Virus record (IMG/VR): IMGVR_UViG_3300033142_001406 | Coordinates: 4,138 to 68,137 of that record | Source: a virus | Strand: one strand, 5' to 3' | DNA: 64,000 bases | Shown: one piece after another, positions 58,497 to 64,000 of the stretch | Position numbering within the stretch: the first letter of the stretch is position 1 | How the letters are laid out: each line of letters opens with the position of its first letter | Position numbers and translations under genes: made by a program | Notes under the pieces: generated by a model | Database searches by the model: none | What the model was told of the DNA's origin: nothing | Seen by the model: the letters and a program-made list of their open reading frames with translations, nothing else

Positions 58497-58937
58497 TTAC
58501 CCTCTTATCCACTTGTTTTTAAACAGTTTTGGGTTTCTGATTTTCTTTGCTCGTCTGAGTTTGCCAACCGATTGTATGGCTTGCCAGTGACCAATTTCAG
58601 CAATCGCCCAACTGGAATACTTAAATATTAGATCTCTGTCCCCAATTGAGACAAGCGTTTCAAAAGGCTTGCCGTCGTTACAGATCCCCAAAGGGAGAAA
58701 CACTGTTGAAATAAAACCAAATTCACCCCCAACCCGGATTCTGGTTCGCCCGATAAACCGCCAAGAGGGACACTCTTTTTCGTTTTGCCCCCCCTCTTCT
58801 GCAAATATAGTAAACAGACTCTTCCCGAAATTACCGGAAATATCAAAGTCAACCGGAGTTACACTTTTATCCCGGTGCAATTTAAAATAGCGTGGCCTAT
58901 AATCAAACATACTCATATTATACCTTTCCCATCTCAA
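58497..58937 (-). CDS. Hypothetical phage protein
   Basis: ISTVFL...KPFETLV...YSSW..AEIGH. Confidence 0.6.
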   Translation of the reverse strand: MRWERYNMSMFDYRPRYFKLHRDKSVTPVDFDISGNFGKSLFTIFAEEGGQNEKECPSWRFIGRTRIRVGGEFGFISTVFLPLGICNDGKPFETLVSIGDRDLIFKYSSWAIAEIGHWQAIQSVGKLRRAKKIRNPKLFKNKWIRG

Positions 58938-59047
58938 CCCTCTGTTTATTCAGCTTTTTAAGTGCGCGACCCCACCGCCCTCGGCGGCTTATCCAAAAGC
59001 CGCCGAAAAACGTTATAACTGATATTAATATTGTTTTAACTATCAAA

Positions 59048-59956
59048 TTACAAATCATACCTCACTATATAAATTTTATTACCTTTTACTGCCGTTGTCG
59101 GCCCAACCCAACAAGCCGCAACGTCAATTACTTTGCCAATATTGTCCCCGAATCTTTCGTGGCGTAGGACACGCTTGTGCCGCCGCCGTTCGTGGGGACT
59201 CTTGAGAGTCACTTTTTGGGAGTGTGTCCCTTCTCCCTCCGTTAGATCGTAAGTTTTTCTGATCTGATCGGGAGTAAGCAGCGTAAATTCCGAGCGCTGG
59301 TGCGCTCTTGGGATCTTCTTTGACGTAAAGGGGTCAATCACTTTTTTGGGTCTTTCTTCCACTACAAAGTGTTTAGTTGATCCCAAAAAAAGGAAAACCG
59401 CAAGTCTGCTCATAATTGATTTTGTTATTATCTCTCTATATTCGTCTATAAATTGATCACCTTCCTTTATCGGCACACCTCCTTTCTGGTCTTGAAATAA
59501 GATCGTCTTCGCCGGGATGTCCAAATCCGCAAACAACTCTAAATTATTAAATACTTGTATACGTTTTATATTGAAAAAAACACTGTGTTTATCACCCTCA
59601 AGTACGCCCGCCGCAAGTGTTGTTAGATTACCTTTTTCCGGGAAACCAACGGGGGCTACTTCTCCGTTTTTTGGTGGGGAAAAAGGCTCGTAAGTGCTAA
59701 CAAAACGAGGACTTGAGAATCCTATCTGATTATTGAGAGTGTCCCCGATTAAACAAACGGAATCTTCAATTTCAACGGTACACTCGGTAAAAGGGAGTGT
59801 GAAAGTTGACAACAGTTCTTCCGGCGTTTCAGCTATATTTCTGTCGTCAAGTGGTAGAGAGTCTGGGACTACAAACCTATTTGCCACTCTCAAAAACTCC
59901 GAAAGCTGCCCTTGGGGGCTTTGTTCTGCTATCTTGCAAAGATCGTTAAAGAACAT
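59048..59956 (-). CDS. Hypothetical phage protein
   Basis: C-terminal SPHERRRHKR...ACWVG. Confidence 0.7.
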   Translation of the reverse strand: MFFNDLCKIAEQSPQGQLSEFLRVANRFVVPDSLPLDDRNIAETPEELLSTFTLPFTECTVEIEDSVCLIGDTLNNQIGFSSPRFVSTYEPFSPPKNGEVAPVGFPEKGNLTTLAAGVLEGDKHSVFFNIKRIQVFNNLELFADLDIPAKTILFQDQKGGVPIKEGDQFIDEYREIITKSIMSRLAVFLFLGSTKHFVVEERPKKVIDPFTSKKIPRAHQRSEFTLLTPDQIRKTYDLTEGEGTHSQKVTLKSPHERRRHKRVLRHERFGDNIGKVIDVAACWVGPTTAVKGNKIYIVRYDL

Positions 59957-59967
59957 ACTATCCCCCT

Positions 59968-60216
59968 TTAAACGTAAGAATTCCGGTCGTATCGCGACTC
60001 GAAAACAACAAGGGCATCGTTGATATTCCCCCCGAGCCAGTCTTCACTCTGGTAGCCATCTTTAGAGATAATCGCCCACTCCACACGCTCCAACCCCGCG
60101 TTGTAGCGCCTCTCAAAAGTCATATTTAAACCTAATCTGTTTGCAGCGGCCTCTAATTTATTTCGTCTTTTCTGAGTCATACTATTTATCCTCCTTTTAA
60201 AATTCAAAATTCTCAC
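59968..60216 (-). CDS. Hypothetical protein (probable start ATG 60180)
   Basis: AAGGAGG SD precedes MTQKRR. Confidence 0.55.
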   Translation of the reverse strand: MRILNFKRRINSMTQKRRNKLEAAANRLGLNMTFERRYNAGLERVEWAIISKDGYQSEDWLGGNINDALVVFESRYDRNSYV

Positions 60217-60520
60217 TGTCTCGATTGCCTATAAACCAAGACGCCTCTTTTTTTGTTTCTAAAAACTCCAAATATAGGGCATATTTTAGGGGCCAGCAAA
60301 TAGTGCTGGCACCGTAGCGAGAAAAAGCCTCGCGTAAAAACTTCTCAATCCGTTTTTTTCGGACTTGTCTTCCCCACACAATCTGCTTTTCCGAACCCTC
60401 CAAGGCAGCTATTTCTGGAATAAACTCACTTAGAGGCGGGGCCAAGTTTGTCTTCGGGGCTTTCTGTTGTCTTTCTAATTTTGTAAGCCACCTATCTATC
60501 AGTTTTCCCGTTGTTATCAT
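60197..60520 (-). CDS. Hypothetical phage protein
   Basis: LEGSEKQIVWG...EASWFIGNR. Confidence 0.65.
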   Translation of the reverse strand: MITTGKLIDRWLTKLERQQKAPKTNLAPPLSEFIPEIAALEGSEKQIVWGRQVRKKRIEKFLREAFSRYGASTICWPLKYALYLEFLETKKEASWFIGNRDSENFEF

Positions 60521-60531
60521 ACGCTTATCTC

Positions 60532-61008
60532 CTATTTATCGGTTAGCACTCTGTCAAATCTGCCCATACAAATATGGCTACAAATAAAACATACGTCCCA
60601 CTCAATATCAACTCGTTTATTCTCGGCCCGATATTCGTCAGTGTTAAAAGTTAAACTACTTGAGTATTCGCCGTTCTCGTTCCCGCAGATACAACAGCAG
60701 AAATTTTTCAGCTTCGCCCGATCAATAGAGCGCTCAGTAACCGCAGCGTCCCACATCCTACTGCTGTGGAGAGCCTTCGCGACAACCCCCCAAATATCTC
60801 CCCGAAATTTATCTCTTATATTTTCTATTGAGTCTTGGACCCGGCTTGCTTCCTCGCCCCTTTCCTCGTTTTCTTCTTCGTCTGCCTCTTCGATTACCCC
60901 GTTGAACTCTTCGATATCCTCTTTTAACTTGCTCGTAAACCGCGCAAAAGTGCAAATAATATCATACTGAACTTTGCTGGTGATCTTCACCTCTTTCGTT
61001 GTCTTCAT
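60532..61008 (-). CDS. Hypothetical protein with an acidic patch and CxxC pairs
   Basis: EEADEEENEE; CCICG...CFIC. Confidence 0.65.
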   Translation of the reverse strand: MKTTKEVKITSKVQYDIICTFARFTSKLKEDIEEFNGVIEEADEEENEERGEEASRVQDSIENIRDKFRGDIWGVVAKALHSSRMWDAAVTERSIDRAKLKNFCCCICGNENGEYSSSLTFNTDEYRAENKRVDIEWDVCFICSHICMGRFDRVLTDK

Positions 61009-61059
61009 ACTTTCCCCCTCTTCTTAAAGTGAGGGCCTCAAGAGGCCCCCGTTAGAAAC

Positions 61060-61338
61060 CTATAACACTTTAAAACTTCTGGAACGACAATCCCAGACAG
61101 TCATATGAGCCACCTTTGCGTCAAAACGAGCAGCTTCAACCAGTGGGTCGCAACGATCTGGCCCAGCTAAATAATCGTCCCGGATATATCCGGTAAAGCA
61201 CGTCTTTAGATCTATATCTAACAACCGAAACTCAGTGATAGCAGCAGTCCCAAGGGCAAGTTCAACAGCATCTTTAGTTGCTATTATTTTGTCCACTTTT
61301 TTTCGGTGGTCTACGCTGATCATCCAATTTAAAGACAC
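61060..61338 (-). CDS. Hypothetical protein
   Basis: GAGGAGG SD, GTG start. Confidence 0.6.
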   Translation of the reverse strand: MSLNWMISVDHRKKVDKIIATKDAVELALGTAAITEFRLLDIDLKTCFTGYIRDDYLAGPDRCDPLVEAARFDAKVAHMTVWDCRSRSFKVL

Positions 61339-61351
61339 AATATTATCCTCC

Positions 61352-61645
61352 TCACTTTTTATTAACCAACCGTCTATCTGTCGCTATAAATTTAACAGCC
61401 TCTTCCTCCGTTGCGAACTCCGTATCTCCGCTATCTATCCGGTAATTCTTGGGATCTATAGTTGACACTCTAAATATAGTCTGGACGACAAGCCCCGGTA
61501 TCACCTGCTGGAACCAGAAATAACAGTAGTCCGGCATATTTCGAATGCCGGATTTCCAGCCTCGTTTCTTGATTAGCCCCAAAAGACACGCGTTTTCTGG
61601 ATTACTACGCAAATCTTTCGGGGTAACCTTGATATCTTTAATCAT
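61352..61645 (-). CDS. Hypothetical protein (start revised to ATG 61645)
   Basis: Start overlaps the upstream gene's end. Confidence 0.55.
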   Translation of the reverse strand: MIKDIKVTPKDLRSNPENACLLGLIKKRGWKSGIRNMPDYCYFWFQQVIPGLVVQTIFRVSTIDPKNYRIDSGDTEFATEEEAVKFIATDRRLVNKK

Positions 61646-61904
61646 CTTCAGCTTCCCCGTAAGCCGCAATATATAAGCATTCCGCGCAAATACGCTCAAA
61701 TTCAACAACTTCACCCGTTTTGGGATCGTAACCGCTGGCCTTTGTAACTTCCTGCCCCAAACCGTCGTTACAGCAATTACACCCCAAATAACTGAAATTA
61801 TACTGATCTTCGTTGTCGTCTACGACTGTATAAGTAAGGCAGTTGACTCCCGATTCGCTCATAAAAGCCTCAACTCGTTTGCACTTCTCCTCTACTGTTG
61901 CCAT
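61638..61904 (-). CDS. Small Cys-containing phage protein
   Basis: FSYLGCNCC..GLG...ICAECLYIAAYG. Confidence 0.65.
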   Translation of the reverse strand: MATVEEKCKRVEAFMSESGVNCLTYTVVDDNEDQYNFSYLGCNCCNDGLGQEVTKASGYDPKTGEVVEFERICAECLYIAAYGEAEDD

Positions 61905-61918
61905 ACTATCCCCCTTTC

Positions 61919-62320
61919 CTATCCAAATAACCTAATCGGCTCTTTTACGTGTTTTGTCAGATAGTTGACCGCTGCTTTAGCCAGCGTAAGCTTAACTACC
62001 TCATCCCCTCCTTTGTACCGCGCTATTGCTGCCCTCCTTGCGATTTCTGTCAGAAACCAACCCGTTGACCCGCGCGTGATAGTAACACGCGTAAACGGCC
62101 CAGAATCGCTCGTTTCCGGCATACTATAGCTGTTCGTTATCTCACACCCAATCCGGTTTTTGAGCGGGATGTGCCTCAATTCCAACGCTTCCTCGGCTGC
62201 TTCAGTCCAGATCAGAATCTTCCCAGCACCAATACACCGTTCTGTTTCTTCGCCCTCTGTCTTCTTGATAAGCGCTGTTAAGCTGCTGGAATCCTTAACG
62301 TTTACCTTTAAAGCTGTCAT
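61919..62320 (-). CDS. Hypothetical phage protein
   Basis: AGGAGG SD; TITRGSTGWFLTEIAR. Confidence 0.65.
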   Translation of the reverse strand: MTALKVNVKDSSSLTALIKKTEGEETERCIGAGKILIWTEAAEEALELRHIPLKNRIGCEITNSYSMPETSDSGPFTRVTITRGSTGWFLTEIARRAAIARYKGGDEVVKLTLAKAAVNYLTKHVKEPIRLFG

Positions 62321-62405
62321 ATTATACCCTCCTATTTATTGGGTTACTGGCTGACACACCAGCTCGAAACCGGGAGAGGAAGCCCCCCGGCTTCTGGTCA
62401 GAGTG

Positions 62406-62831
62406 TCAACTGCTGATATCTTCTATTATATCATCTGCAAGATACCCGAAATCTACCCGGTCGAGGGCGTAGCCGTAAAGATCGGCGTAAACACTCCCCT
62501 TGCCGATATCTGCAAGGTGGTGATTAACTGCACTCCCAATAATATCGGCCTTTATAGACGATTTAAGAGCTAACCTTATCTGCCAGTTTGACTGTCCATC
62601 CGAACGCAATTCAAGAGCTGCCCCCCGCCAGTGCTGGGCGAGGGAAACACCCGTTTCCCCAATCTCCTCTAAAGACCACTGATAAACGATATCCGTCTCT
62701 TTGTTTGGGGCACCGTTGACTGCTTCAAGATCTTTTACTTTTTCGCTCAAACCGTTTACAGCTTGTTTAAATCGCGATTTAAAATATTTTAATTCTCTCA
62801 GTAAATCGTGTTTCTTTTCTGCGGGTGTCAT
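62406..62831 (-). CDS. Hypothetical phage protein
   Basis: AAGGAG SD; C-terminal ADLYGYALDRVDFGYLA. Confidence 0.65.
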   Translation of the reverse strand: MTPAEKKHDLLRELKYFKSRFKQAVNGLSEKVKDLEAVNGAPNKETDIVYQWSLEEIGETGVSLAQHWRGAALELRSDGQSNWQIRLALKSSIKADIIGSAVNHHLADIGKGSVYADLYGYALDRVDFGYLADDIIEDISS

Positions 62832-62861
62832 CTTCTTTACTTCTCCTTTTCTTTTAGCTCG

Positions 62862-63161
62862 TTATTTCTCCGAGTCCAGAATATCTTGGATCTCTTTTAA
62901 ACCCGATACTATCCGGCCAAGTCCACCGTCGTAAACAGTAAAGCACGTTGACCGCACCAGATCGTAATTTAGCCCGGTATCTTTAACGAAAGCGTTAATC
63001 CAATCTTGGGGCAGGGCAAAGTCAAAATATCCCCAAGGAAGCCCGATATCGTTTGCCAGATCCTCCTTAGTATAGCGCCCCCGGCGCTGCTTATCGTCTA
63101 TCTCAAGCTCGGTAAACACCTTGTATTTTTTGGGTTTTTCCATCTTTCTTATCCCCTGCAA
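62862..63161 (-). CDS. Hypothetical protein
   Basis: 99 aa ORF, probable start MEKPKK. Confidence 0.6.
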   Translation of the reverse strand: MQGIRKMEKPKKYKVFTELEIDDKQRRGRYTKEDLANDIGLPWGYFDFALPQDWINAFVKDTGLNYDLVRSTCFTVYDGGLGRIVSGLKEIQDILDSEK

Positions 63162-63196
63162 AGGTGGGGGCTTGCGCCCCCGGTTAACTCAACTTG

Positions 63197-63370
63197 TTAA
63201 CTCTCGTCTGTCTCTTCCTCTTCTTCCTCCTTATAATAAACGATTCCACCGTAAGCCATCCGGTATTCTGTAACCAGAAAAGCTGCGTCCTCTGGGGTGT
63301 CTGTCTGGTCGACCCTTTCCGGGTGATTGTCGTCCTTGCTAATCCAATATATAACGTATTCTGTCTTCAT
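63197..63370 (-). CDS. Small acidic protein (not in the ORF track)
   Basis: GGAGG SD; MKTEYVIYWISKDDNHPERVDQTD...EYRMAYGG...KEEEEETDES. Confidence 0.6.
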   Translation of the reverse strand: MKTEYVIYWISKDDNHPERVDQTDTPEDAAFLVTEYRMAYGGIVYYKEEEEEETDES

Positions 63371-63413
63371 TCTTTTAAACCTCCCTTGGGGGCCTTCAGC
63401 CCCCTTTTATATA

Positions 63414-63965
63414 CTAATACATACTATAGTCTACCCCAGCATACCTCGTTGCCTTCTCGGGGTACACAAGGAGCCAGAACGGAATAAAATAGTCGCAGTA
63501 CAGACCACAACAGCCGGGAAATATAAGAGTGTTGAAGTAGTCGTTGTTGTCGGAGACAACTCCGAATCCCGCCTTTTGAGCCAGTTCAATCCAACTACCC
63601 AGATCGGAAAAGTTAGACTCCCAGAGACTACTTTCGGGGTAGTTCTCTGCGTGATCTGCAAAGTAATCGTTATACTCTTCTTTGCAGTTCTCCAACACCC
63701 AATTATAAAGCGTTTCCTCGTCCTCCTCCCTCTCGTTCAATCTATCGTTAAGCTCTTGAATTTCTTTTGATTTCTTTTCAAGCTTCCGGGCCAGATTCAG
63801 CTCACTTATAACGTCTGGGTCCTCCTCTTCGAAACGTTCGGTGATTTCTCCCACTTCGTCGGTTAACTCCTCGATTTCTTCATATCCGTCGGGAGATATC
63901 TCTTCCCAGTAATCAACCGAATTCAAAAACTGAAGTACTTTTTCACTCGTAACTGGTCTTGGCAA
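63414..63965 (-). CDS. Strongly acidic early protein
   Basis: D/E-rich 183 aa ORF. Confidence 0.65.
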   Translation of the reverse strand: MPRPVTSEKVLQFLNSVDYWEEISPDGYEEIEELTDEVGEITERFEEEDPDVISELNLARKLEKKSKEIQELNDRLNEREEDEETLYNWVLENCKEEYNDYFADHAENYPESSLWESNFSDLGSWIELAQKAGFGVVSDNNDYFNTLIFPGCCGLYCDYFIPFWLLVYPEKATRYAGVDYSMY

Positions 63966-64000
63966 AATATAATTACTTAGGCGGTTTACAAGCGCCCCAT

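Noticed and set aside
62345-62405. Hammerhead ribozyme
   Set aside because: It is a long hairpin, but the CTGATGA...GAAA core is absent
1-64000. Window ends joining into a complete circle (the frame at position 1 would continue into ATGGGGCGCTTGTAA)
   Set aside because: No terminal overlap is visible; the join would cut the wHTH-like ORF short and create a CATG; it is most likely an arbitrary window boundary

Overview
The window looks like most of a ~64+ kb tailed dsDNA bacteriophage genome, probably a podovirus-type phage of an anaerobic bacterium (it carries a class III ribonucleotide reductase). No host chromosomal genes are recognisable. Layout: (i) 1-7753 (-), a dense operon dominated by about a dozen paralogous MarR-like winged-helix proteins and four paralogous XRE-type HTH proteins; (ii) 7754-9600, a plasmid-like replicon (palindrome-rich non-coding block, HTH replication initiator, direct repeats, hairpin leader); (iii) 9886-40650 (+), the virion module (terminases, LamG-like fibre, portal, scaffold, N4-gp56-type capsid, adaptor/nozzle, tail fibre, ejection proteins, a 2853-aa polyvalent protein, holin-like protein); (iv) 40703-43603, parA plus a wHTH partner, divergent from a tyrosine recombinase; (v) 43600-44600, candidate structured small RNAs around an orphan hicB; (vi) 44595-56316 (-), lysin, nrdDG, dUTPase, nucleases, SSB, ThyX-like protein, one tRNA, family A DNA polymerase, helicase and primase; (vii) 56474-64000 (-), small early-type genes. 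Most notable: the wHTH/XRE paralogue array; a likely phage-plasmid dual replication system with dispersed centromere-like repeats; a duplicated, covarying pseudoknot-like RNA motif beside hicB; apparent avoidance of CATG-related motifs together with TTG/ATT/ATC start codons; and a tRNA with a Gln anticodon on a Trp-like body. All family calls come from reading motifs by eye, not from database searches.
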